A stretch of DNA of 32,000 nt from Cupriavidus necator (GTDB taxonomy: Bacteria > Pseudomonadota > Gammaproteobacteria > Burkholderiales > Burkholderiaceae): positions 3,420,001 to 3,452,000 of the forward strand of contig NZ_CP066018.1 in the NCBI RefSeq assembly GCF_016127575.1, in the 5' to 3' direction. This document shows positions 19,646-30,779 of the stretch, in pieces; position 1 is the first letter of the stretch; each line of letters starts with the position of its first letter. The notes below the pieces were generated by a model. It ran no database searches and had not been told where the DNA came from. It was given only the letters and a program-made list of their open reading frames with translations. Made by a program: the position numbers and the translations under genes.

Positions 19646-20741
19646 ACTGCAGTCCGTCGGGCTGCGCCTGGAAGACCCGAATGCCGGCGCGGCCAGCCGG
19701 CGCGGCGGGGCGGGTCCGTCCGATCACAAGGCGGTCACCATCGACGGCGTGACCATCATGGTGCCGGTGCATACCAGTACCGCGTGGCACTCGCCGTTCG
19801 TGGCGCATTCGCCCGACGGAACGGGGCGCAGCGCGCTGATGCGCGGCACCATCCCGATTGCCAGCATCAGCTTTCCGAAGGCGCCGCGTTTCCATGCGCT
19901 GCAGACCCTGGAGGGCATCCCGTACTCGCATATCGCCACGCTGCATGGCGCCGATGTGCTGGCCACCACGGTGCTGCAGACTTGCATCCGCTACGAGAGC
20001 CGCAAAAAGACCTGCAAGTTCTGCTCGATCGGCCAGTCGCTGGCGGCGGGCCGCACGATCGCGCGCAAGACGCCGGAGCAACTGGCCGAAGTGGCGCGCG
20101 CCGCAGTGCTGCTCGACGGCGTCAGGCATATGGTGCTGACCACCGGCACGCCGCCGACGCCGGACCGGGGCGCGGCTATTCTTTGCGAGAGCGCCTTCGC
20201 CATCAAGGCCGCGGTCGACCTGCCGATCCAGGCGCAGTGCGAGCCGCCCGACGACGACCGCTGGTTTGAGCGCATGAAGGCCGCCGGCATCGACACGCTC
20301 GGCATGCACCTCGAGGTCGTCACGCCGGCGCTGCGCGAGCGCATCATGCCGGGCAAGGCGGGGGTGCCTCCGAGCCGCTACATGGAAGCCTTCAAGGCCG
20401 CCGTTGCGGTGTTCGGCAGGGCGCAGGTCAGCACGTACATCCTCGCGGGACTCGGCGACACCGCGGAAGCCATCCTGTCGATCTCGCGCGAGCTGATCGA
20501 GCTCGGGGTGTATCCGTTCGTGGTGCCTTTCGTGCCGATCTCCGGCACGCCGCTGGAGGACCACCCGGCACCCTCGCCGGCCTTCATGCAGTCGATCCTG
20601 CAGCCGCTCGGCGCCATGCTGAGCGCCGCCGGCATGCGCTCGTCCGACATCAAGGCAGGTTGCGGCAAGTGCGGCGCGTGCTCGTCACTGGCCACCTACG
20701 AGCGCGAGGCGGCACTGGCGACCGACGGAGCGACATCATGA
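19596..20741 (+). CDS. Radical SAM-type protein (MSMEG_0568-like; NitD)
   Basis: Cys cluster C-x9-C-x2-C ([18 protein letters not shown]) plus C-terminal CGKCGAC. The ATG at 19596 has GGGAG upstream and overlaps the nitrilase by 50 nt. An alternative ATG at 19638 overlaps the nitrilase stop by 8 nt. Confidence 0.75.
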   Translation: MTSSASVPASSRQLMTELQSVGLRLEDPNAGAASRRGGAGPSDHKAVTIDGVTIMVPVHTSTAWHSPFVAHSPDGTGRSALMRGTIPIASISFPKAPRFHALQTLEGIPYSHIATLHGADVLATTVLQTCIRYESRKKTCKFCSIGQSLAAGRTIARKTPEQLAEVARAAVLLDGVRHMVLTTGTPPTPDRGAAILCESAFAIKAAVDLPIQAQCEPPDDDRWFERMKAAGIDTLGMHLEVVTPALRERIMPGKAGVPPSRYMEAFKAAVAVFGRAQVSTYILAGLGDTAEAILSISRELIELGVYPFVVPFVPISGTPLEDHPAPSPAFMQSILQPLGAMLSAAGMRSSDIKAGCGKCGACSSLATYEREAALATDGATS

Positions 20742-21292
20742 AAAGCGATCTCTGCGTCGAGGTGCCGGGCATCCCGATGTTCCGCATCCGCTGGGCGGAG
20801 CACACCTGGGAGGCGGAGCAGGCCTATCGCCTGCGCCAGGCCGTGTTCTGCGAGGAGCAGGGCATCTTTGCGGGCGACGACCGGGACGCGGTGGACGACG
20901 TGGCGCAACTGCTGGTGGCGGTGCGCTTCGAGCCGGAATTGCCCCGCCATCCCGGCACCGTGGTCGGCACGGTTCGCATCCATGAAAGCGAGCCGGGCGT
21001 GTGGTTCGGCTCGCGGCTTGCGGTGGATGCGGCATACCGAAGCCAGGGCAAGATCGGTGCGACGCTGATCCGCCTGGCGGTGAGCAGCGCCCACGCGATC
21101 GGCTGCCGGCGCTTCCTTGCGCACGTGCAGAGCCAGAACGTGCCCTTGTTCAGGCGCTTGCATTGGCACGTCCTGGCAGAGGAGACGCTGCTCGGGCGGC
21201 CTCACCACCTGATGCAGGCAGACCTGAACCATTACCCACCTTGTCATACGCCGCACGCGGGCCTGATTGCGGAAGGCAGGGCCGTGCGATGA
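20738..21292 (+). CDS. GNAT-family N-acetyltransferase (MSMEG_0567/Sll0786-like; NitE)
   Basis: ATGA overlap with the upstream stop. Contains the acetyl-CoA-binding-like segment RLAVDAAYRSQGKIGATL. 184 aa. Confidence 0.75.
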   Translation: MKSDLCVEVPGIPMFRIRWAEHTWEAEQAYRLRQAVFCEEQGIFAGDDRDAVDDVAQLLVAVRFEPELPRHPGTVVGTVRIHESEPGVWFGSRLAVDAAYRSQGKIGATLIRLAVSSAHAIGCRRFLAHVQSQNVPLFRRLHWHVLAEETLLGRPHHLMQADLNHYPPCHTPHAGLIAEGRAVR

Positions 21293-22284
21293 GCCTCGAC
21301 GACCTCGTACACACCTTGCGCAGCAGCCGGGGTTTTGCGCATAAGACCGATATCCCGGCCATGCTGTCGCCACTCGGCGCCGCGGCCACCGGACGCAACG
21401 CGGCCATGGCTGTCGATGTCGGCGACGACTGCGCGGCATGGCGGGATGGCGACGGCTACCTGCTGTTCGCCATTGAAGGACTGGTCAGTGATTTCATCCG
21501 CACGATGCCGTGGTTCGCCGGCTACAGCGCGGTCATGGTCAACATCAGCGATATCTATGCGATGGGCGGCAGGCCGACGGCCGTGGTCGATGCGCTATGG
21601 AGCCATGGCGCCGCCGACGCCGCTGAAGTGCTCAAGGGCATGGCAGCGGCGTCTGCCGCTTATGGCGTGCCGATCGTCGGCGGTCACAGCAACGCGCGCA
21701 GCGAGGAAAGCCAGCTTGCCGTGGCGATCGTTGGCCGGGCGCGCAAGCTGCTGTCGAGTTTCGCGGCGCGTCCCGGGCAGCGCCTGTTGATGGCGGTGGA
21801 CCTGCGCGGCGCGTTCGCGGAGCCGTACCCGTTCTGGAACGCATCGACGGGCGCGCCGGGCGAACGACTGCGCGCGGATCTCGAACTCTTGCCGGTGCTG
21901 GCCGAAGACGGCCTTTGCACCGCGGCCAAGGACATCAGCATGGCGGGTGCGCTCGGCACCGCGCTGATGCTGCTCGAATGCTCCGGGGTGGGCGCCAGCA
22001 TCGCGCTGGAGCGCATTCCGCGGCCCGATGGCGTGCCGCTGGAGCGATGGCTGACCGCATTCCCCAGCTATGGCTTCCTGCTGGCCGTCAATGACGACGA
22101 TGCGCAGGCGGTCGAACGCCGCTTCCTCGATCGCGGCATTGCCTGCGCCCAGATCGGCGCCATCGACGATTCCCGTGTCGCCACGCTCACGCACGCCGGC
22201 GAACGGGCCACGTTGTGGGACTTCCGCGAGGCAGGGTTCATCCTGCCGACGCGCCTGGCCACGCCGATCGATTCCCCAACCTGA
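21289..22284 (+). CDS. AIR-synthase-like (PurM/ThiL/HypE superfamily) ATP-dependent enzyme (Sll0787-like; NitF)
   Basis: ATGA overlap with the GNAT stop. N-terminal AVDVGDDCAA and NISDIYAMGG motifs are typical of the PurM-like superfamily. 331 aa. Confidence 0.78.
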   Translation: MSLDDLVHTLRSSRGFAHKTDIPAMLSPLGAAATGRNAAMAVDVGDDCAAWRDGDGYLLFAIEGLVSDFIRTMPWFAGYSAVMVNISDIYAMGGRPTAVVDALWSHGAADAAEVLKGMAAASAAYGVPIVGGHSNARSEESQLAVAIVGRARKLLSSFAARPGQRLLMAVDLRGAFAEPYPFWNASTGAPGERLRADLELLPVLAEDGLCTAAKDISMAGALGTALMLLECSGVGASIALERIPRPDGVPLERWLTAFPSYGFLLAVNDDDAQAVERRFLDRGIACAQIGAIDDSRVATLTHAGERATLWDFREAGFILPTRLATPIDSPT

Positions 22285-22292
22285 GACCTGCC

Positions 22293-22580
22293 ATGCCAGT
22301 TACCTATTTCCGCATCCGCTGGCCTGACCAGACCGAGATGGCCTGCTATTCCCCATCCTCCATCGTCACGGAGCACTTTGCCGAAGGGGCGGCGTATCCG
22401 CTGGACGAGTTCGTCGAGCGCGCGCGTACCGCGCTGGGCGCCGCTTCCGAGCGGGTGCGTGCCAGGTATGGCTACGCCTGCTCGTCCGCGATGGACCAGC
22501 TCCGCATCCTGGAAATCGCCGCGCAGCGGTTCCGGGGCCAGGACGGCGCCACCGTCCGGTTTCTCGGCTTTGGCAGCTAG
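22293..22580 (+). CDS. Small conserved protein of Nit1C-type clusters (MSMEG_0570-like; NitG)
   Basis: MPVTYFRIRWPDQTEMACYSPSSIV..., 95 aa, 8 nt after the upstream stop. The assignment rests on position and remembered family resemblance. Confidence 0.6.
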   Translation: MPVTYFRIRWPDQTEMACYSPSSIVTEHFAEGAAYPLDEFVERARTALGAASERVRARYGYACSSAMDQLRILEIAAQRFRGQDGATVRFLGFGS

Positions 22581-22615
22581 CCGTTCTTCAAATTCCTCGC
22601 CTTAAAGGATCCAAC

Positions 22616-23902
22616 ATGTCCAACGTCATCTACACCAATCCGGACCAGGCCGCAGAACCCAGGCACTACGGCGTCATCATTGTCGGCGGCGGCCAGGCCG
22701 GACTATCGATGAGCTACTTCCTGAAGCAGGCCGGCATCGATCATCTCATCATCGAGAAGCACACCGTCACGCATACCTGGCGCACGCAACGCTGGGATGC
22801 GTTCTGCCTGGTGACGCCGAACTGGCAATGCGCGCTGCCGGGCTATCCCTACCAGGGTGATGATCCGCACGGCTTCATGAAGAAGGATGAGATCACGGCC
22901 TATCTCGATGGCTTTATCCGGACGGTCGGCGCACCGGTGCTCGAGCACACCGAGGTACGGCAAGTGAAGGCGCGCGCTCAGGGGGGATTTGCCGTGGTGA
23001 CGAGCCAGGGTGCATTCACCGCAGACCAGGTGGTGGTGGCCTCGGGCGGTTATCACACGCCGATCGTGCCGCGCATGGCCGAGCGCCTGCCGGCGTCGGT
23101 CCGGCAGCTGCAATCGTCCGAATACAGGAATCCCGAGTCGCTGCCCGAGGGTGCGGTGCTCGTGGTTGGCTCGGGCCAGTCGGGCGCGCAGATTGCGGAA
23201 GACCTGCACCTGGCCGGCCGCAAGGTGTACCTGGCCGTCGGCGAGGCGCCGCGCTGCGCGCGCTTCTATCGCGGGCGGGACGTCGTGGACTGGCTCGCGG
23301 ACATGAAATACTACGACCTGCCGGTCACCGAGCATCCGCTGCGCGAGGGCGTTCGCGACAACACCAATCACTATGTCACCGGCCGCGACGGCGGGCGCGA
23401 TATCGACCTGCGCAGGTTTGCCACTGAGGGCATGGAGCTCTACGGCTTGCTCGACGACTACCTCGAAGGCCAACTGCGTTTTGCGCCGGACCTGCGTCGC
23501 AACCTGGACGATGCCGATGCGACTTACAACCGCATCAACGCGAGCATCGACAAGTTCATCGCGGAGCGAGGTATCGAGGCGTCGCCGCCGAGCGTCTATG
23601 AGCCCGTGTGGACGCCGCCGGCCGAGCGCACCGAACTTGATCCTCAGGCAGCCGGCATTGGTTCGATCATCTGGTGCATCGGCTTCCGGCCGGACTTCAG
23701 CTGGCTCGAAGTGCCGGTGTTCAACGGCCGCGGCTATCCGGGCCACGAACGTGGCGTGACCGCGCACGCCGGCCTGTACTTCCTTGGCCTGCCCTGGCTG
23801 CACACGTGGGGATCGGGGCGATTCTCCGGCATCGCGCGCGACGCCGAGTACCTGGCCGCCCTGATCGCCGCAGGCCGGGGCGACACCGCGCTGGCCGCCT
23901 GA
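22616..23902 (+). CDS. FAD/NAD(P)-dependent oxidoreductase, flavin-monooxygenase-like (MSMEG_0569-like; NitH)
   Basis: Two dinucleotide-binding motifs, VIIVGGGQAGLS and VLVVGSGQSGAQIA. 428 aa. Confidence 0.85.
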   Translation: MSNVIYTNPDQAAEPRHYGVIIVGGGQAGLSMSYFLKQAGIDHLIIEKHTVTHTWRTQRWDAFCLVTPNWQCALPGYPYQGDDPHGFMKKDEITAYLDGFIRTVGAPVLEHTEVRQVKARAQGGFAVVTSQGAFTADQVVVASGGYHTPIVPRMAERLPASVRQLQSSEYRNPESLPEGAVLVVGSGQSGAQIAEDLHLAGRKVYLAVGEAPRCARFYRGRDVVDWLADMKYYDLPVTEHPLREGVRDNTNHYVTGRDGGRDIDLRRFATEGMELYGLLDDYLEGQLRFAPDLRRNLDDADATYNRINASIDKFIAERGIEASPPSVYEPVWTPPAERTELDPQAAGIGSIIWCIGFRPDFSWLEVPVFNGRGYPGHERGVTAHAGLYFLGLPWLHTWGSGRFSGIARDAEYLAALIAAGRGDTALAA

Positions 23903-23903
23903 C

Positions 23904-24736
23904 ATGGAAGCCGTCGTCTCGCGCCATGTGGCCGGCATGCCCCAGTTGGCATACACCGGCCTGTCAGAGAACTGGCTGCTGAAGACCTGCGGCGACCTGC
24001 ACTGGCGCCTGCTGGCCGCCGGCGCCGGCCTGGGGGTGCCGGACTTCCGCGATGCCGAGGGCAATCCGGTGTATGCGGCGTTCACCGCGATCCGCGTGCG
24101 CGACGCCGCGCCGCAAACGGTCGGCGAGCACGCCGGGTTCAGCATCGGTTCGCACATCGTGCCAGCGGGTGGCGTGAAGCACCTCAGCGAACATGCGGTC
24201 GACATGCATGGGGACTGCCGCGCCAGCGTGACGATGCTGTCCACCTTCATCCGCCGCACGCGTGACCGGGACAACCGCTCGGTCGTGCGCACCATGCCGA
24301 CCGTGGCCGCGCAGTGGGCCGGCGCCGGCCCGTCGGCACAGGCGGCGGAACTGTCGCTGCTGGCACGGCGTTTTCGCGGCGGGGATTGGGGCATGCATCT
24401 CGGGCTCGATCAGGCCCGGCATCGCGTCTGCCACGCCGCCGAGTACCTGCCGTGCCCCTGCAACGACTTCAATGGCGCCGACCTGCTGTACTTCGCCAGC
24501 TTCCAGGCCATGGTCGATCGCGCGGAATGGCAATGGCGCCGCGACGCGGATCCGCCCACGGTGTTCGCGCGGGACCTGTTCTTCCATGGCAACGTCAATG
24601 TCGGCGAGTCGCTGGAGCTGATCTTCTCCGCGCTGCGCGAGGACGAGGAAGGATTGACGCACTGGTGTGAGATCCGGCGCAGCCGCGACGGCGAGAAGAT
24701 CGCAGATGTGGTCACGCAGAAGCGGTGGAGGCAACG

Positions 24737-24740
<4 letters not shown>
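23904..24740 (+). CDS. Double hot-dog-fold protein, LnmK / Pnap_2097-like (tentative)
   Basis: Starts 1 nt after the flavoprotein stop. Two hotdog-like halves each open with a helix-type motif (GLSENWLLKTCGDLHWRLL and DFNGADLLYFASFQAMVDRAEWQW). The family name is from memory. Confidence 0.5.
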
Positions 24741-26815
<2,075 letters not shown>

Positions 26816-27007
26816 GCGTGACGTCCTCGATCGCCACGTCGCCCACCAGCATGTAGCCGGGCGCATGCGTGATACACAGCGGCAGCAGCGCCTGCACGGC
26901 CGCGGCCAGAGGCGTGCCGCCTGGATGGCGATGCTTCCGCTTGCTGAGATGTCCGACAACCGGGTCGCGACCTTCCCGCGTTTCGTATTTGCACCAGAAC
27001 CTTCGCC

Positions 27008-28063
27008 CTACCGCGTGGCGAACGCCAGCCGCGGTGGCGCTTCTGGCACCGCGCAGCGAACGCGCCGGTCGCGCTCCGGCAGTGTCAGCTGGGTACGTGG
27101 CGGCGCGGCTCGCCGCACGCCGAGGATTTCGGCTACATTGGCTTGCGGGCGGAGCAGCGGCCGCAGCAGCGAGGCGGGGCCTGTGAGCAGCGGCGTCACG
27201 CCCGGGCCGTGCCCGCTGACCGTGCTGTCGCCGTGTACCACGACGCCGATGGTCACGCGGTCATTGGCGTAGCGCGGCCCCCGCCGCGTATCGGCGCCGA
27301 TGATCGCCACCATGTCGCCGAAGCGCAGGCTGCCCAGACGGTAGCGCTCACGTGCCTGCCGGTCCGACAGCTGGATATCGTAATCCCCGCGCCATGCATT
27401 GTTCTTTCCCAGTCCGGAGCCCATGACGCGCGCCGGCACCAGATGCGTGACCGGCGCATGGAGCTGGCCATCGCGCTCCAGCAGGCCCCATCGCGCCAGC
27501 AGGCGCGGCGAGCAGTTGAGGACTTCGATTCGGGGGTAGTCGCGGAGTCGTAAGCCCAGTCCATGCGAAAGAACCTGGATGCGGTCGCCGATGCAAAGGC
27601 GCACCAGCACCTCCGTGGGAAAGTCCACCAGCACGTGGTTGACGCCGCCGTGCTTGCCCGTCACCACACCAGTCCGGCCCGCGCACGCTCCGTTGACCAC
27701 ACGGGCCGGATTGCCGACGCAGGCATAGGTCAGCAGGGCGCTGTTGGGTCCGTCGCGTGGGCCGACGATCTCGCGCCCGTTGTTGTGCAGGGCGACCCCC
27801 GGCTCGATATGGTCGCCCGCCAACCCGACGCAAGGATCGCCGATGCGCCTATTGACCACGATGCCGCCGGTACCCGGCAGGACGCGCGGCACGCCGTCGT
27901 AGCCAATGCGGTAGGGCGAGGCGCGCCCCACGGGATGCGCGATCTGCCCAAGGACGGACACCGCCACGAGTTCGTCGGCATTGATTCGGGGAACGGGGCG
28001 TGCACCGTCGCGGCCGGCCGGACGGGACAGGGCTTGCTGGACGAGCGGAATCGGGCGGGACAT
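27008..28063 (-). CDS. DUF4438-like protein (function unknown)
   Basis: The SPYRIGYDGVPRVLPGTGGIVVNRRIGDPCVGLAGDHIEPGV segment resembles what I remember of DUF4438 (the TM1086 family). The ATG at 28063 has GGAG 9 nt upstream. An alternative ATG at 28072 directly abuts the GGAG. Confidence 0.55.
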   Translation of the reverse strand: MSRPIPLVQQALSRPAGRDGARPVPRINADELVAVSVLGQIAHPVGRASPYRIGYDGVPRVLPGTGGIVVNRRIGDPCVGLAGDHIEPGVALHNNGREIVGPRDGPNSALLTYACVGNPARVVNGACAGRTGVVTGKHGGVNHVLVDFPTEVLVRLCIGDRIQVLSHGLGLRLRDYPRIEVLNCSPRLLARWGLLERDGQLHAPVTHLVPARVMGSGLGKNNAWRGDYDIQLSDRQARERYRLGSLRFGDMVAIIGADTRRGPRYANDRVTIGVVVHGDSTVSGHGPGVTPLLTGPASLLRPLLRPQANVAEILGVRRAAPPRTQLTLPERDRRVRCAVPEAPPRLAFATR

Positions 28064-28075
28064 GGGTGCCATCTC

Positions 28076-28750
28076 CTATCGCATCCTGCGCACCACGGTG
28101 GCGGCGATCTGCGGCTGTCCCGGCGCGCGCCGGTTCTCGGCCGCGACGGCGTCGTAGATGGTGTGCGCGATATGGTGCAGCTCCGCATCGGTCACGCGTC
28201 CGCTGACCTGATAGAACAGGCGCACGCGCTGCGGCAGCCCGGGCACGGCGCTGGTCCGGGACTGGCGCATATGGCGCCGCACCTGGTCCATGTCGCGCAC
28301 CACCTGTCGCGCAAGATGGCTCAGGCGTAGCCGTCCGTTGGCGTCGCGGTAATCGGTTGCGTGTAGCAGCTTGCTTTCGAGGCCTGCCGGCAGGCGCTTG
28401 GGGGCAGCCGGCATCGGCGTGAGATCGAGCACCGAGCCGCCCCTGCGCGGGCCGATGCGGAGCTGGTTGCGCACATCGAAGCCGCGCAGGCACAGGCGTT
28501 CGACCAGGATCTGCTCGGCGCAACGGCCACGCAGGTTATTGATGACGATGAGCGCCGGACGCTGCCCGCGCGGCCGGGCCTCGGCGGCGGCCAGATCACG
28601 GCATGCCAGATGCCGGGCGCGCGAGGCCGGCAGGCATTCGTTGCGGCCGACGGCAGGGTCGGCATCCCCGGCGCGTCCGCGCTCGCGCGTCCAGTGCCGA
28701 ACGGCATCGTCAAGCATGGCGTCGACGAACTGGTCGATTGCTGCGCTCAT
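28076..28750 (-). CDS. Hypothetical protein (224 aa)
   Basis: MSAAIDQFVDAMLDDAVRHW... The ATG at 28750 forms an ATGA overlap with the upstream gene's stop. The track ORF extension to 29068 was rejected. No family was recognised. Confidence 0.55.
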   Translation of the reverse strand: MSAAIDQFVDAMLDDAVRHWTRERGRAGDADPAVGRNECLPASRARHLACRDLAAAEARPRGQRPALIVINNLRGRCAEQILVERLCLRGFDVRNQLRIGPRRGGSVLDLTPMPAAPKRLPAGLESKLLHATDYRDANGRLRLSHLARQVVRDMDQVRRHMRQSRTSAVPGLPQRVRLFYQVSGRVTDAELHHIAHTIYDAVAAENRRAPGQPQIAATVVRRMR

Positions 28751-29613
28751 GCTTCGGCTCCTTGCGGGGCCGGTGTGCCGATCGCCGGAGTGGGGCAAAG
28801 GGGATACCACCAGGCGGTGGCTTGCTGCCAGGGGTCGGCATGATGGCCGGTCCCGACCAGCGGGCCATCGACGCAAGCATGGTGCGGCGACGACGCCATT
28901 ACATGCAGCGCGGCCAGCCTGGGCAGGCGTTCGGCGAGCCCGGCCACTCCTGCCGCTGCCAGTGCGTCGCGCAGCAGCGAGCGCTCGGCGCCGAACAGGG
29001 ATTCGGAAGGCAGCGGGTCCAGATGCCGCACGTCGACGCCGCTTCGCCACAGGGCATGCACCGGCCACGGTGCGCCGTCACCATCAAGCGTGGTCAGCAC
29101 GATGGCGGCATCGAGCGTGGCGGAGAGTGCGAGCGTGTCGAGGGCGATGGCGAGCGGATCCCACCAGGGGGAGGGCATTGGGCCGAGCGCCGGCCTTGCC
29201 CCCTCGCAGCGGCGCAGCAGGGCGTCGAGCAGGACCTCGTAGCGCTCGACCACGGCATGGTCGGCAGCGTCGCCGAGCTGGGAACCGGCCACGTTGTCTC
29301 CGACCCAGCGAAACGGCCACGACGCGGCATCGGTGCAGTCGCGCATCGCGATCCACGCAATCAGAGCGGGTTCGAGCGGCCTCGGCACGGCGCCGCCGCT
29401 GTCCAGTGCCGCGCCGTTGGCCGAGAGGCCTGGCAGTACCATCTCGCTCGCATCGATGACCTGCCAGAACGCGCGCGTGAGCCAGGGCTCCAGCACCCGC
29501 GTGAGCCGCAACGCCAGGCTCGGCCCCCAGGGCGACCCGAGCACCAGCGCGGGATCGAGGATGCAGGCGAGCTTGCGTTGCCGTACCGATACGATCATGT
29601 CCTCAGCATGCAT
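28747..29613 (-). CDS. Hypothetical protein (288 aa)
   Basis: MHAEDMIVSVRQRKLACILDPALVLG... GGAGA lies 9 nt upstream of the ATG at 29613. No family was recognised. Confidence 0.55.
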   Translation of the reverse strand: MHAEDMIVSVRQRKLACILDPALVLGSPWGPSLALRLTRVLEPWLTRAFWQVIDASEMVLPGLSANGAALDSGGAVPRPLEPALIAWIAMRDCTDAASWPFRWVGDNVAGSQLGDAADHAVVERYEVLLDALLRRCEGARPALGPMPSPWWDPLAIALDTLALSATLDAAIVLTTLDGDGAPWPVHALWRSGVDVRHLDPLPSESLFGAERSLLRDALAAAGVAGLAERLPRLAALHVMASSPHHACVDGPLVGTGHHADPWQQATAWWYPLCPTPAIGTPAPQGAEA

Positions 29614-29672
29614 GGCGGGGCGTCTCCGTGTCAGCCGCGGTCAGGGATGCGCAAATGTACGGCGCGCCACGG

Positions 29673-30758
29673 TCAGGCCGCAGCCTGCGGCACGCCGAGC
29701 ACGCTGTTCAGCGCGTGTGTCACGCCGGGGAATCCTCGGCCCTCGGGCGTCATCCGGTACGCGGCGACCCACGCTTCCGCGTGCGCGCCCATGGGCCGCA
29801 CCACGCTCTGGAACAGGATCGGATCGGTTGCGGTCTTGAAATCATTGTCCGCAACAAACTGCAGGATCCGCCGGCCGCTTTCGGCCATCTTGGCCCGTTG
29901 CGAGGGCTCGGCCACCCCGCCGAGATAGCGATTCGAGACGATCTCGACCACATCCCACTTGGTGTTGGCGTCAAAGGCCTTCTTGATGTCGGGCGAATCC
30001 AGCAGCTTGAGCACCTGGATCAGGTAATGCCCGGTTTCCATCGCGAGCGCGAAGATATTGCCGTAGGTAGACCGGTCCAGCGCATAGCGCAGGTCGAGCC
30101 CGATGCGCTGGATGGTGCCGACGCTGCCGAAGGGACGCTGGTCGATCAGCTGTCCGCCCCGGATGACTTCGCCGATCAGCAGATCGCGGAAGTACTGGCC
30201 CATCGCCACCATGAAGCCGACCATCTGGCGATGGAAATTGCGGTTGACCACTGCGCCGGCCGGGGCCTGCGCGGTGCCATAGTTGAAGGCGCGCCGATAG
30301 GCCACCATGCGGTCCTGCCGGGTGTAGCGCAGTGGCCGCCATTTTTCGAGCAGATAGAGTCCGCGCGCGCCGGGGCCGCGCTGGATGCGCATCTTCCCCA
30401 GGCGGAACAAGCGCAGCAGGGTCTCGACCACCTCAAAGATCTTCATGCGCTCGTGCTGATAGATAAAGTACAGCTCGGCAGCCGCATGCAACTGGCTCGG
30501 GATGATTGAATCGTCGAAGTCAGGCTGTACATAGGGATAGCCGATCTTCTCGAAGCCGACTGCCCCCTGAGGACCGAGGCCGAGCAGATCGAAGAAGCCT
30601 TCCTCCCCGCTGCCATTGGGTTTGGACAACAGTTCAGAGTAACGCTGCTCGAACTGCGAGGCGAAGGCGTCGCGCTGGTCGGGCGGCAGGCTGGCCAGCT
30701 GCTCCTGCAGAAAGGTCTCCCACAGGCGCTGAATGGTTTCGGTGGTCTGGAAGTTCAT
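29673..30758 (-). CDS. Hypothetical protein (361 aa)
   Basis: MNFQTTETIQRLWETFLQEQL... Its composition is balanced and globular (K, F, Y, I, N present), unlike the antisense frames. GGAG lies 6 nt upstream of the ATG, 21 nt after the upstream stop. No family was recognised. Confidence 0.7.
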   Translation of the reverse strand: MNFQTTETIQRLWETFLQEQLASLPPDQRDAFASQFEQRYSELLSKPNGSGEEGFFDLLGLGPQGAVGFEKIGYPYVQPDFDDSIIPSQLHAAAELYFIYQHERMKIFEVVETLLRLFRLGKMRIQRGPGARGLYLLEKWRPLRYTRQDRMVAYRRAFNYGTAQAPAGAVVNRNFHRQMVGFMVAMGQYFRDLLIGEVIRGGQLIDQRPFGSVGTIQRIGLDLRYALDRSTYGNIFALAMETGHYLIQVLKLLDSPDIKKAFDANTKWDVVEIVSNRYLGGVAEPSQRAKMAESGRRILQFVADNDFKTATDPILFQSVVRPMGAHAEAWVAAYRMTPEGRGFPGVTHALNSVLGVPQAAA

Positions 30759-30779
30759 GATGCGCTCCGTCGTCGGGGG

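Noticed and set aside
26816-27007. The 192-bp convergent intergenic region after the mutase, searched for a terminator, small RNA or repeat
   Set aside because: Only short imperfect GC palindromes were found (GGCCGCGGCC, GACGT...ACGTC), with no T-tracts. Nothing is distinguishable from background by eye.
28371-29928. Plus-strand ORFs of 362 aa and 441 aa overlapping the hypothetical minus-strand genes; considered as the alternative true coding strand
   Set aside because: They are extremely Arg/Ala/Pro-rich and have no SD-start arrangement. The minus-strand set has ordered SD sequences, an ATGA coupling and more protein-like composition. Certainty is lower here than elsewhere because the minus-strand proteins have no recognised family.
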